The notes: generated from the sequence alone by a model not told the origin. 64,000 nt of DNA from Longimicrobiales bacterium (GCA_965202985.1 CBDBCF010000001.1:2592001-2656000); one strand, 5' to 3'; numbered from the stretch's first letter, positions 15,001 through 21,598 are shown. Program-made: numbers and translations.

Positions 15001-18000
15001 TCCGCCGGGCGTGGTGGGGTTGACGGTGGCTGCGCCGCTGGTGGGCGACACGTTCGAGCGGGGCGACACGGTGGTTGCGACGGTGACGTTCAACAAGGCG
15101 GTGGACGTGACGGGCACGCCGCAGCTGGCGCTGGCGATCGGTTCAACGACGAGGCAGGCGGCGTACGCATCGGGCACGGGCACGACGGCGCTGGTGTTCC
15201 GGTACGTGGTGGTGCAGGCGGACGCGGACGCCGACGGGTTGAGCGTCGGCGCGAGCGCTTTGGCGTTGAACGGCGGGACGATCGATGTGGCGGGCGGAAC
15301 GACCGACGCGCTGCTGAGCCTGGAGCACTATGCGATCAGCAACGACGGCGCGCGCCGAGTGGCGGGCGGGACGTTCACGGCGTCGTCGGTGAGCGCGGTG
15401 TCGATCACGAGCAGCCCGGCGGGCGGGAGCACGTACGGGTTGAGCGAGGAGATCGGTGTCGATGTGACGTTCAACCGGAACGTGGCGGTGACGGGCGCGC
15501 CCGAGCTGGCGCTGACGATCGGTTCGCAGACGCGGCAGGCGTCGTACGTCTCGACGACGGGCGGCCGCGTGCTGTCGTTCTCCTACACGGTTGTGGCTGG
15601 CGACGCGGACGGGAACGGGTTGAGCATCGGCGCGAGCGCTTTGGGGCTGAACGGCGGCACGATCGCGGACGCGCGCGACGCGAACGAGGCTGCGAGCCTC
15701 GGACTGGGCTCTCACGCGATATCGAACGCGGGCAGCCATCGGGTGGACGGCACTCAGGGACCGCCGGGCGTGAGCGGCGTGTCGATCGCGTCGCCCGTGG
15801 TGGGCGACACGTTCGAGCGAGGCGACACGGTGGTTGCGACGATCGTGTTCAACAAGGCGGTGGACGTGACGGGCACGCCGCAGCTGGCGTTGACGATCGG
15901 CAGCACGACGAAGCAGGCGAGCTACGCGAGCGGCACGGGCACGGCGTCGTTGGTGTTCAGGTACGTGGTGGTGACTGCGGACGCGGACGCGGACGGCATC
16001 AGCATCGGCGCGACCGCGTTGGCGCTGAACGGCGGGACGATCGACGTGGCGGGCGGCACGGTGGACGCGGTTCTGGGGCTGGGGACGCACGCGGTGACGA
16101 ACAGCGCGGGCCACAAGGTCGCGGGCGGCACGTTCACGGCGGCGTCGGTGTCTGGCGTGGCGCTGACGAGTTCGCCTGCGGTGGCGACGACGTACGGCCG
16201 CGACGAGTCGATCGAGGTTCAGGTGACGTTCAACCGTCGCGTGGCGGTGACGGGCATGCCGCAGGTGGCGCTGACGGTGGGCGCGCAGACGCGGCAGGCG
16301 GACTACGCGAGCGGGACGGGCACGCGGGCGCTGACGTTCCGCTACGTGGTGGTGGCTGCGGACGCGGACGCCGACGGGATCGAGGTGGGCGCGAGCGCAC
16401 TGGCGCTGAACAGCGGAACGATCGCCGATGCCCGCGACGGCTCGACTGCGGCGAGCCTGGGGCTGGGCAGCCATGCGTTGAGCGCTGCTGCGGGCCACAA
16501 GGTGGACGGTACGCTGGCGGGTGCGTCGGTGAGCGGCGTAGCGGTGTCGAGCGCGCCGGAGAGCGGCGACACGTACGGCCTGGGCGAGCGGATCGAGGTC
16601 GAGGTGACGTTCGACCGTGCGGTGACGGTGACGGGCGCGCCGCAACTGGCGCTGACGGTGGGCGCGGTGGCGCGTCAAGCGAGCTACGCGGGCGGCAGCG
16701 GCACGGCGACGCTGTCGTTCGCGTACCGGGTGCGTGGCGCGGGCAGTGGCGGCAGCGGCGCGGGCGGCGTGGACGCGGACGCGGACGGCGTGGGCGTTGC
16801 GGCGGCTGCGCTGACGCTGAACGGCGGTACGATCGTGAACACGGCGGACGGCGTTCGTCCGGCGACGCTGGGGCTGGGCGGCCATGCGGTTGCGGCTGCG
16901 GCGAACGACAAGGTGGACGGTACGGTCGAGGTCGCGCCGGTGGTGGTGGGCGTGGCGGTGACGAGCGAGCCTGTGGCGACGGGACTGTACGGCGCGGGCG
17001 GCGTCATCCGGGTCGAGGTGACGTTCAGCCGGCCGGTCGATGTGGCGGGCGCGTCGTCGTCGCCGGCGCTGGCGGCGTCGATGTCGGCCGCGACGGCCGC
17101 GAACACGGCTGCGGCGCGGCTGGCGATCGACGTGGGCGGGACGACGCGCCATGCAGTCTACGTGTCGGGTTCGGGCACGACGGTGCTCGTGTTCGAGTAC
17201 GTGGTCCGTCCGGCGGACCGGGACCCGGACGGCATCAGCATCCCGGCGGACGCGCTGGCCGAGTCGGCGGGCGCGCTGCGGATCGCGGGCGGCCAGGCGG
17301 CGGCGGTTCTGGACCTGGGCGCGCACGCGGTGACGGACTTGACGGGCCACGCGGTGAACGGCGCGGGCAGCCTGGACCCGGTGTTCGGTCGGTTGGAGTA
17401 CGAGTTCGAGTTGGCGGAGAACGTTGCGGGCCCGCTGCCGCTGGGCGAGGTGGTCGCGACGAGTCCGTTGGGCGCCGAGATGCGCTACGGGTTGGAGAGC
17501 GGAGGCGAGGGGCTGTTCGAGGTGGACGTGTCGAGCGGCGTGGTGACTTACGTTGGCGGAGGCGAGGACGCGGAGCAGCGTTCGGAGTACGTGATGCTGG
17601 TGGTGGCGGTGACGGACGGTGTGGGCGAGGACGAGCAGCTCGAGACGGTGGCGAAGGTGACGGTGAAGGTGATGAACGAGAACGACGAGGCGCCGTCGTT
17701 CGTCGAGGAGCGTTGGGCGTTCGAGCTGGCGGAGGGCGCCGCGGGTCCCCTGGTGCTGGGCGTGTTGGAGGCGGTGGACCCGGACGAGGGCGACACGCTG
17801 ACGTACGCGCTGGTGGCGGGCGACGCCGAGCGGTTCGAGCTGGACGGGCAGACGGGCGAGTTGCGGTACGTGGGCGGTGGCGAGGACTACGAGACGAGCG
17901 TGGGCATGTGGCGTTTGGAGGCGACGGCGACGGACTTGCTGGGCCGTACGGCGCGGACGACGGCGACGGTGGTGGTTGCGGACGTGAACGAGGCGCCGGT

Positions 18001-21000
18001 GTTCGCGGACTCCGCATATGCGTTCGAACTGGCCGAGAACGTTGCGGGACCGCTGGTTCTGGGCATGGTGCGGGCAACGGACCCGGACCGGGACGACCCG
18101 CCGACGTACAGCTTGGCCGAAGGCGACCGAGAGCGGTTCGAGGTGGACGCTGCAACGGGCGAGTTGCGGTACGTGGGCGCAGGCGAGGACGCGGAGACGG
18201 GCCCGGAGAGCTGGGCGCTCGAGGTCCATGCGACGGACCGCGGCGGCATCGCGGCGTCTGCGCGGGTGGTGGTGGCGCTGCTGGACCGGAACGAGGCGCC
18301 CGTGTTCGCTGCGGAGGTCTACGAGTGGGAGTTCGAGGAGAACGTCGCCGGACCGTTGGTTCTGGGCGCGGTCGAGGCGGCGGACCCGGACCGAGCGGAC
18401 ACGCTCGTGTACAGCCTGTCGGGCGAAGGTGCGGCGCTCTTCGAGGTGGACGCTGCGACGGGCGAGGTGCGGTACGCGGGCGCGGGCGAGGACTACGAGG
18501 TGGGCCCGGCGTCCTGGGCGTTCGAGGTGGTGGCGACCGACGGCGAGGGGCTGGCGGCGCGGGTGGCTGCGGCGGTGGCGCTGCTGGACGTGAACGAGGC
18601 GCCGGCGTTCGCCGACTCCGCATACGCTTTCGAGCTGGCGGAGAACGTTGCCGGCCCGCTGATGCTGGGCGCGGTCGAAGCGACGGACCCGGACCGCGGC
18701 GACGCGCCGGCGTACAGCTTGGCCGAAGGCGACGCCGAGCGGTTCGAGGTGGACGCCGTTACGGGCGAGGTGCGGTACGTGGGGAGCGGCGAGGACTACG
18801 AGCAAGGTCCGCCGACGTTCGCGCTGACGGTGCGGGCGACGGACGCGGGCGGACTGACGGCCGAGGCGGTCGCGACGGTGACGTTGCTGGACGTGAACGA
18901 GGGTCCGGAGGCGGTGGGCGCGATGTCGCCGAAGACGCTCGAGGCGTACGGTGCCGCTGTGCAAGAGGAGTTGGGTCGGTACTTCCGGGACCCGGACGGC
19001 GACGCGCTGGCGTACGCGGTCGAGTCGTCGTCGCCGGCCGTGGCGGTTGCGACGGTGACGGGCGTGGGCGTGCTGTCGATCGCGCCGCAGGCGATCGGCG
19101 AGGCTGTGGTGACGGTACGGGCGAGCGATCCGGGCGGGCTGTCGGCTCAGCAGCAGGTGCGTGTGACGGTGGAGGCGTCGCGGTCGGAGCGTGCGCGTGC
19201 GTTGGAGCTGACGCTGGCGGCGTTCGGCCGGTCGCTGGGCACGGAGACGGTGGAGGCGATCGGCGGGCGGTTGGGGCTGGGGTCGTCGGGCGCGCTGGGC
19301 CGGTCGCATGTGCAGCTCGGCGGGCGCTCGCTGGCGTGCGGCGCGCCGGGCGCCGGGTCGGGCGGCTTCGGCGGCGTCGTCCCCGGCGTTGCGAGCGCGG
19401 CGCGTGACCAAACCGACGCCGGCGTTGCGGCCGCGGCGGACGGCCGGACAGACACGACGCCCACGTTGAGAGCGTGGCGGCCGGCCGGACCGACAAACGG
19501 CAGTGCCGCGTCCGCTGGCGGCGACAACGCCGGGGCCGGCTCGGGCAAGTGCGGTCTCGAGTCGCTGGTGCGGGGCGCGACGGGCCTGCTGGGGTTGCAG
19601 ATCGCGCACCCCGGCTCGGCCGACGCGGCCGGCGGGACCGTCGACTTGGCCGCGCTGCTGTTCGGCGACGGCCGGAGCGGTCGGTTCGGCGGTCCGGGCG
19701 CGGGCATCGCCGGCGGTATGGCTGGCACGGGCGGCGCCTACCGGGGCCAGCAGCAAGCCGACGCCGAGCGCGCCGACCGCACCGGCGGCCTGACGTTCAA
19801 CCCCGTCGACGCCCGCGGCCTGCGCTCGCAAAGCTCGTTCCAGCTGTCGTTCGGCGGCTCGGACGGTTCGGCGGACGCATCCTCGGCCGGCGCTTCCGCC
19901 TCTTCGCAGGCGGCTTTGCGGTCGGGCTGGACGGTGTGGGGCCAGGCGAACCTGGGCGAGTTCGAGGGCCGTCCCCGAGACGACTTCGCCATGGACGGCC
20001 GCACGCGCTCCGCCTACCTGGGGCTCGACTACCGGTTCGGCTCCGGGTTCCTCATGGGCCTTGCGGGCTCGCGCAGCGACATGGAGGCCGGCTTCGACAG
20101 CCGCATCAACGGCGCGGGCTCGGTCGACGCTCGCCTGACCAGCCTGTACCCCTACCTGCACTGGTCGTCCGGCGGCGGCTTCGGCGTGTGGGGCTTGGCG
20201 GGCGCAGGCCGCGGCGACGCGACGCTCGAGGAGTCGGCGGGCGGCCGTTTCGACACCGACTTGGAGATGCGCATGGGCGCGCTGGGCGTGCGTCAGGAGC
20301 TGACCGGCGGGTTGGCGCTGAAGGCGGACGCTTTCGCGGTGCGCATCTTGTCGGACGAGGTGGCGGGGCTGGCGGGCGTGACGGCGGACGCGCAGCGCGT
20401 GCGACTGGCGCCGGAGATCGGCGGCCAGTGGTCGTTGGGCGACGGGCTGGCGATGCGGACGCGGCTCGAGGTGGGCGGTCGCTTCGACGGCGGCGACGCG
20501 GAGACGGGTATGGGCGCGGAGGCGGGCGCCGAGGTGGGGTTGGCGCACCAGGCGAGCGGGTTCAGCATGACGGCGCGGGGCCGTGCGCTGCTGGTGCACC
20601 AGGAGCGCGACTTCAAGGACTGGGGCGCGGGGTTCTCGCTGAGGTTGCAGCCGGGCGGGGGCGGCGAGGGCGAGGGCGGGCTGTCGTTCTCGGTCGAGCC
20701 GACGTGGGGCGACGCTGGGGGCGGCGCGCGTGCGCTGTGGCAGGGCGGCGCGGACGTGTGGCGGACCGCGGGCGCGGACGGCTTCGGCGCGCCGGGCAGG
20801 GCCGCGCGGCCAGTCGGCGCGAGCGTCCCGGCAAGCCCGGGGCTCGGCCAGAGCCAGGGCGAAGCGTCGGCACAGGGCGCGTCGGCCGCCAATGGCGACC
20901 CGGCTGGCCCGCCCGCAAGCCCGGGCCTCCCGACAAGCGCCGGCGTGCCGGCGCCCGCAAGCACGCCGGGCTGGGCTCCCGACCGGGTGGCGATGGAGGT

Positions 21001-21256
21001 CGGCTACGGGGTGCTGCTGCCCGGCGGCGGCCAGGTCAAGCCGTTCGGACGTTGGAGCCGCGAGGGAGCGGCGGGGCATCGCGTGAACGTGGGGACGCGC
21101 TGGTCGCTGCTGGGCGGCGAGACCATGGGCACGGGCCAAGAGCCCGCGGCTCCGGGCCTCCGCCTGATGATGGACCTGTTCGGCGAGCATGTGGCCAACG
21201 GCTTCCAGCCCCCGGAACGCCGCGTCGGACTCTCCGGCAGGATCGTCTTCGACTAG
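2..21256 (+). CDS. Giant repetitive surface adhesin / autotransporter-like protein (5'-partial, >7,080 aa)
   Basis: Frame is open from position 2 (DSDGLSIGASALTLNGG...), so the true start lies upstream of the window. ~45 repeats of TY/F..GE/D.I.V.VTF...V.VTG.PQLAL.IG..TRQA.YASGTGT..L.F.Y.V...D.D.DG.SIGA.AL.LNGGTI, then cadherin-like units and a C-terminal barrel-like region (WTVWGQ, YLGLDY, YPYLHW, EVGYG, ends SGRIVFD). Confidence 0.9.
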   Translation, partial: DSDGLSIGASALTLNGGRANSGAIRIAGGTANALLGLGAHAISNSASHKVDGSRIVSPSVDEVAIGGRRVGDTYELGQFIIIFLIFDREVVVTGAPQVALRVGTQTRQAEYFTGSTDQLTFTYVVQASDVDADGISMDANALTLNGGTIASAVDSTTAANLATQAFAPGANYKVNGAQTTQPSVTTVAFGDLPTGQTYELGDEVVVSVGFDRVIEVTGAPQLALTIGAETRQASFDELARLGDILRFSYVVRPPDADSNGISIGANALTLNGGTIRLGGSATVNANLGLGAHAIVDDPNRKVDSNRGPPGVSGLALNSPVADDTYGLGDVIEATVTFNKSVDVTGTPQLALGIGSQTRQASYASGTGTASLVFRYTVAAADADSVGLSIGASALSLNGGTIDVAGGTTDAFLDLGGHAVSNSASHKVDGTLDRPTVADLVVGSPPTGDTFERNDSIAVTVTFNKSVDVTGTPQLALGIGTQTRQAAYASGTGTASLVFRYLVVPGDVDADGLSIGASALSLNGGTIDIAGGTTDALLGLGTHAVSNSSGHKVAGGTFTATAVSGVSITSSPAADSTYGLGEQIEVEVTFVRPVVVTGMPQVALGIGTDTVHADYASGTGTTTLTFRHAVAVGDADSDGIGVGASALTLNGGTIADARDGATAAGLGLSAHAIANAAAHKVDASRGAAGVTGVSIGAPVVGDTFERADTIAATVTFNKAVDVGGAPQLALTIGAVARQASYASGTGTASLVFRYVVVQADADADGLSIGSSALGLNGGTIRVAGETTDALLGLGSHAVSNSAGHKVAGGTLTGPSPSGVAIASTPSSDGTYGRTERIEVEVTFARPVVVTGTPQLALGIGSQTRQASYASGSGTKALAFRYTVQGTDRDSTGLSVGASALSLNGGTIADARDGATAAALGLGAHAVSNAAAHKVDGSLGTPGVIGVSFADDPYNSEYERGDAIDVRVLFSRAVDVTGAPELALGIGSQTRRAAYASGTGTDTLLFRYVVVQSDRDVDGISIGAGALTLNGGTIRASGTTLDAVLGLGSHAIANSSNHQVNGSLFTGLAVEDVVVRSAPASDSTYKLGERIELDVLFQRTVVVTGTPELALGIGSATRQASYASGSGTKQLRFRYAVQAADVDADGISLGASALALNGGTIVDARAGGSAAGLGTSASVFSDAAAHKVNGGVGAPSVSALSIGAPVVGDVFERGDTIVATVAFNAAVDVTGTPQLALAIGSATRQAGYASGTGTASLVFRYVVVQTDADADGLSVGASALALNGGTVRRTGTATDAVLGLGGHAVANSAGHKVAGGTFTASSVGGVAIASVPGSDSTYVRTERIEVEVTFARPVTVTGTPRLALAIGSQTRQAAYASGSGTKTLTFRYAVQAADSDSDGIGVGASALALNGGAIADARDGATAAALGLGSHAIANAAAHKVNGARGPPGVSGLSIGSPVVGDTFERGDTIAATVTFDVSVDVTGTPRLALAIGTQTRQASYASGTGTASLVFRYVVAQADADADGLSIAASALGLNGGTIDVAGGTTDALLGLGSHAVSNSAGHKVAGGTFTAASVSGVTIASEPASDSTYAETEEIAVEVSFSRRVTVTGTPQLALAIDTLTRQAEYAGGTGTATLTFAYQVAAADVDSTGLSIAASALGLNGGTIADARDGTTAASLGLGSNAVSDAAAHKVDGSLPPPVTRATGAPEATGLAIGAPAVGDVFERGETIEVELAFHRAVEVTGTPRLALTIGAATRQASYAAGTGTDTLVFRYVVAAGDADADGIGIAASALALNGGTIRAAGEALDALLDLGAFAVANSAGHKVAGGTFTTPAVSGVTISSAPASDSTYQLGERIEVKVAFGRPVAVTGAPELALAIGAQTRQASWASASSTADTLVFGYAVRPADADADGIGIAASALALNGGTIADVRAGATAASLGLGSNAIVNAAAHKVDGSLGPPGATHLSVTAPLSAQTFERGDTIFASVRFNKAVDVTGTPELALAIGSATRQASYASGTGATELEFRYVVVQSDADADGLSIAANALTLNGGTIDVAGGTTDALLSLEHVAISNAAGFRVAGGTFTAPAVTWAGISSSPSDGSTYELGEQIGVTVTFNRNVTVTGAPELALAIGAQTRQAAYVAAASGNRELEFRYAVAAGDADADGISVGASALTLNGGTIVDPRDGTTAANLGLGASAIANSAGHAVDGSRGPPGASGVSIAAPPTGDTFERGDTIAATVVFNKAVDATGTPELALTIGAQTRQASYASGTGTTSLVFRYVVATADADADGISIAAGALALNGGTIDVAGGTTDAVLGLGRHAIANSAGHKVSGSTFTASAVSGVTISSSPSSGDTYGLGERIEVEVAFVRAVGATGTPRLALGVGADTVHADYASGTGTKTLTFRYAVAASDADSDGISIGASALALNGGTIVDARDGATAASLGLGSNAIANAAAHKVDGAQGPAGVIALTIASPVVGDTFERGDTVVATVTFNKAVDATGAPQLALTIGTQTRQAAYARGTGTASLVFQYVVATADADADGISIAAGALSLNGGTIDVAGGTTDALLGLGAHAVTNSAGHKVAGGTFTAAAASGVAIASAPASDSTYGRTERIEVEVTFDRNVTVTGAPQLALTVGTQTRQAAYASGTGTKTLAFRYTVQAADSDSTGIGIAASALALNGGAIADARDGATAATLGLGSNAISNAAAHKVDGSRGPPGVTALSIGSPTVGDTFERGETIEVALAFNRAVDVTGAPRLALGIGSATRQASYAAGTGTDTLTFRYVVAAGDADADGISIGAGALALSGGTIKVAGGTLDATLGLGAGVAVSNSGSHKVAGGTFTTPAVSAVTISSTPASGQTYQLGEQIEVKVAFGRPVAVTGSPRLALTIGTTTRQAGYVAASSKADTLAFGYAVRPADADADGLSIAASALALNGGSIADARPGAVAAALGLGSSAVSNDASHKVNGSLGPPGVVGLTVAAPVVGTTFERGDTIVATVTFNKAVDATGTPQLALAIGNATRQANYASGTGTTALVFRYVVAAADADADGLSIGASALALNGGTIDVAGGTTDALLSLEHHALGNDGARRVAGGTFTAASASGVAISSSPASDSTYGRTERIEVEVTFDRNVAVTGAPQLALGIGTQTRQAAYASGTGTTTLTFGYTVAAADADANGIGIGASALALNGGTIADARDASEAAGLGLGSYAIANAAAHKVDGNQGPPGATGLTVASPPTGDTFERGDVIAAALTFNRAVAVTGTPQLALGIGTQTRQASYASGSGTMSLVFEYTVVQADADADGLSIGTSALALNGGTIRLSGGTLDATLGLSTHAISNSTGHKVAGGTFTASSVSGVTITSTPSSGDTYGLGEEIEVEATFVRPVNVTGAPQLALTVGAATRQAAYASGTGTKTLTFGYEVVAGDADANGIGVGASALALNGGTIADARDGSTAASLGLGSSAVANAAAHKVDGSLGPPGVTGLAIGSPQVGDTFERGETIEVEVAFNKAVAVTGTPQLALTIGTTTKQASYAAGTDTDTLVFRYVVAAADADADGISIGASALALNGGTIDVSGGTTDAVLRLGASAVANSTGHKVAGGTFTAAAANGAAITSAPSSDSTYGRTERIEVEVSFTRPVTVTGPPQLALTIGTRTRQAAYASGSGTTTLAFGYTVQAADADSDGLSVGASALALNGGTIADARDGATAATLGLGTNAIANAAAHKVDGSRGPPGVTALSISAPTVGDTFERGETIEVALVFNRSVDVTGTPRLALTIGSATRQASWAAGTGTDTLTFRYVVAAGDADGDGVSIGVGALTLNGGTIRVAGGTLDATLGLGSSAVTNSGGHKVAGGTFTTPAPSGVTVSSTPASASTYQLGESIEVKVAFGRPVTVTGSPRLALTIGTQTRQASYDASSSKADTLVFGYAVRPADADADGLSIAASALTLNGGAIADVRPGAAAAALDLGSNAVTNAASHKVNGSLGPPGVVGLTVAAPPVGATFERGDTVAATVTFNKAVDVTGTPQLALGIGSTTRQAAYASGTGTTALVFRYVVVQADADADGLSVGANALALNGGTIDVAGGTTDALLSLAHHAIGNDGARRVAGGTFTASSVAGVTISSSPASDSTYGRTEAIEVEVTFDRNVAVTGTPQVALTIGSQTRQAAYASGTGTKTLTFQYTVAAADADANGISIGASALALNGGTISDARDASEAAGLGLGSNAISNAAAHKVDGNQGPPGVTGLVVASPPVGDTFERGDVIAATATFNRAVDVTGTPQLALGIGTQTRQASYASGSGTTALVFRYTVVQADADADGISIGTSALALNSGTIRLSGGTLDATLGLGTHAISNSTGHKVAGGTFTAASVSGVTITSTPSSGDTYGLGEEIEVEATFVRPVNVTGAPQLALTVGAATRQADYASGTGTKTLTFGYEVVAGDADANGIGIGASALALNSGTIADARDGSTAASLGLGSNTVSNAAAHKVDGSLGPPGVTGLSIGAPQVGDTFERGETIEVEVVFNKSVAVTGTPQLQLRFSSGSKQADYASGTGTDTLVFRYVVAAADADADGLGIGASDLRLNGGTIRRSGAATDAVLGLGSHAVIRSTGHKVAGGTFTAAAASGVAITSAPSSDSTYGRTEVIEVEVGFTRPVTVTGVPQLALTIGSQTRQASYASGSGTTALTFQYTVQASDADSTGIGIAASALALNGGTIADARGGTTAAGLGLGSNAISNAAAHKVDGSRGPPGVTSLTIGSPTVGDVFERGETIEVELVFNRAVDVTGAPRLALTIGSATRQAIYASGSGTDTLVFRYVVAAGDADSDGIGIAASALALSGGTIKVAGGTLDATLGLGTSAVTNSAGHKVAGGTFTTPAVSAVTISSAPASASTYQLGESIEVKVAFNRPVAVTGAPRLALTIGTTTRQAGYDAASSKADTLVFGYAIRPADADADGIGIGASALALNSGTIADVRPGAAAAALDLSANAVTNAASHKVNGSLGPPGVVGLTVAAPLVGDTFERGDTVVATVTFNKAVDVTGTPQLALAIGSTTRQAAYASGTGTTALVFRYVVVQADADADGLSVGASALALNGGTIDVAGGTTDALLSLEHYAISNDGARRVAGGTFTASSVSAVSITSSPAGGSTYGLSEEIGVDVTFNRNVAVTGAPELALTIGSQTRQASYVSTTGGRVLSFSYTVVAGDADGNGLSIGASALGLNGGTIADARDANEAASLGLGSHAISNAGSHRVDGTQGPPGVSGVSIASPVVGDTFERGDTVVATIVFNKAVDVTGTPQLALTIGSTTKQASYASGTGTASLVFRYVVVTADADADGISIGATALALNGGTIDVAGGTVDAVLGLGTHAVTNSAGHKVAGGTFTAASVSGVALTSSPAVATTYGRDESIEVQVTFNRRVAVTGMPQVALTVGAQTRQADYASGTGTRALTFRYVVVAADADADGIEVGASALALNSGTIADARDGSTAASLGLGSHALSAAAGHKVDGTLAGASVSGVAVSSAPESGDTYGLGERIEVEVTFDRAVTVTGAPQLALTVGAVARQASYAGGSGTATLSFAYRVRGAGSGGSGAGGVDADADGVGVAAAALTLNGGTIVNTADGVRPATLGLGGHAVAAAANDKVDGTVEVAPVVVGVAVTSEPVATGLYGAGGVIRVEVTFSRPVDVAGASSSPALAASMSAATAANTAAARLAIDVGGTTRHAVYVSGSGTTVLVFEYVVRPADRDPDGISIPADALAESAGALRIAGGQAAAVLDLGAHAVTDLTGHAVNGAGSLDPVFGRLEYEFELAENVAGPLPLGEVVATSPLGAEMRYGLESGGEGLFEVDVSSGVVTYVGGGEDAEQRSEYVMLVVAVTDGVGEDEQLETVAKVTVKVMNENDEAPSFVEERWAFELAEGAAGPLVLGVLEAVDPDEGDTLTYALVAGDAERFELDGQTGELRYVGGGEDYETSVGMWRLEATATDLLGRTARTTATVVVADVNEAPVFADSAYAFELAENVAGPLVLGMVRATDPDRDDPPTYSLAEGDRERFEVDAATGELRYVGAGEDAETGPESWALEVHATDRGGIAASARVVVALLDRNEAPVFAAEVYEWEFEENVAGPLVLGAVEAADPDRADTLVYSLSGEGAALFEVDAATGEVRYAGAGEDYEVGPASWAFEVVATDGEGLAARVAAAVALLDVNEAPAFADSAYAFELAENVAGPLMLGAVEATDPDRGDAPAYSLAEGDAERFEVDAVTGEVRYVGSGEDYEQGPPTFALTVRATDAGGLTAEAVATVTLLDVNEGPEAVGAMSPKTLEAYGAAVQEELGRYFRDPDGDALAYAVESSSPAVAVATVTGVGVLSIAPQAIGEAVVTVRASDPGGLSAQQQVRVTVEASRSERARALELTLAAFGRSLGTETVEAIGGRLGLGSSGALGRSHVQLGGRSLACGAPGAGSGGFGGVVPGVASAARDQTDAGVAAAADGRTDTTPTLRAWRPAGPTNGSAASAGGDNAGAGSGKCGLESLVRGATGLLGLQIAHPGSADAAGGTVDLAALLFGDGRSGRFGGPGAGIAGGMAGTGGAYRGQQQADAERADRTGGLTFNPVDARGLRSQSSFQLSFGGSDGSADASSAGASASSQAALRSGWTVWGQANLGEFEGRPRDDFAMDGRTRSAYLGLDYRFGSGFLMGLAGSRSDMEAGFDSRINGAGSVDARLTSLYPYLHWSSGGGFGVWGLAGAGRGDATLEESAGGRFDTDLEMRMGALGVRQELTGGLALKADAFAVRILSDEVAGLAGVTADAQRVRLAPEIGGQWSLGDGLAMRTRLEVGGRFDGGDAETGMGAEAGAEVGLAHQASGFSMTARGRALLVHQERDFKDWGAGFSLRLQPGGGGEGEGGLSFSVEPTWGDAGGGARALWQGGADVWRTAGADGFGAPGRAARPVGASVPASPGLGQSQGEASAQGASAANGDPAGPPASPGLPTSAGVPAPASTPGWAPDRVAMEVGYGVLLPGGGQVKPFGRWSREGAAGHRVNVGTRWSLLGGETMGTGQEPAAPGLRLMMDLFGEHVANGFQPPERRVGLSGRIVFD
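149..17365 (+). repeat. Intragenic tandem array of ~45 domains of ~375-385 nt; alternating A/B types from ~1300; ~3.04-kb higher-order repeat from ~5.1 to ~16.5 kb
   Basis: Unit ends (HKV/YKV/RRV) recur every ~375-385 nt. Diagnostic variants recur at ~3040-nt spacing: TYQLGE.IEVKVAF at ~5546/8591/11630/14669 and DALLSLEH/AH at ~6182/9227/12266/15304. Confidence 0.9.
17375..19180 (+). repeat. Five cadherin-like domains plus one Ig/CADG-like domain within the giant protein
   Basis: Repeated NEAPVF...Y.FELAENVAGP, A.DPD and DYE motifs at ~300-nt spacing, typical cadherin Ca-binding signatures; last unit has YFRDPDGDALAY...ASDPGGLS. Confidence 0.8.
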
Positions 21257-21305
21257 GGAGAGTCCTTTCGACGCCCCTGTGCCCGGCGGCGGCCGTCCGA
21301 AGACC

Positions 21306-21335
21306 TTGACGTCTCCGGCGGCCAGCGCTTAAGGT
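21306..21335 (+). promoter_or_regulatory. Putative sigma70 promoter for the tRNA-Gly/tRNA-Cys(-hutHU) unit
   Basis: TTGACG-N18-TAAGGT about 70 nt upstream of tRNA-Gly. Confidence 0.45.
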
Positions 21336-21407
21336 TCATCTTCAAGGCGGCCGCCGGTCGCTCGCCGCAGCGGCCGTGCCAGGTCGCTGGGAGTCGCAGG
21401 ACACAAC

Positions 21408-21480
<73 letters not shown>

Positions 21481-21526
21481 CTTCGGGAACGCGCCGGCCG
21501 GTCGCCGGGCGTCCCCAAGTTCCGTC

Positions 21527-21598
21527 GGCGCCGTAGCCAAGTGGTAAGGCGGAGGTCTGCAAAACCTCTATTCGGCGGTTCGAATCCGCCCGGCGCCT
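21527..21598 (+). tRNA. tRNA-Cys (GCA)
   Basis: GGCGCCG/CGGCGCC acceptor stem, GCCAAGTGGTAAGGC D-arm, anticodon arm GAGGT-CTGCAAA-ACCTC, T-loop GGTTCGAATCC, discriminator T. Confidence 0.97.

Noticed and set aside
149..17365. Repeats as a CRISPR array or DGR template/variable region
   Set aside because: Units are ~380-nt in-frame coding domains without spacers; variation is not adenine-specific; no cas or reverse transcriptase gene in the window.
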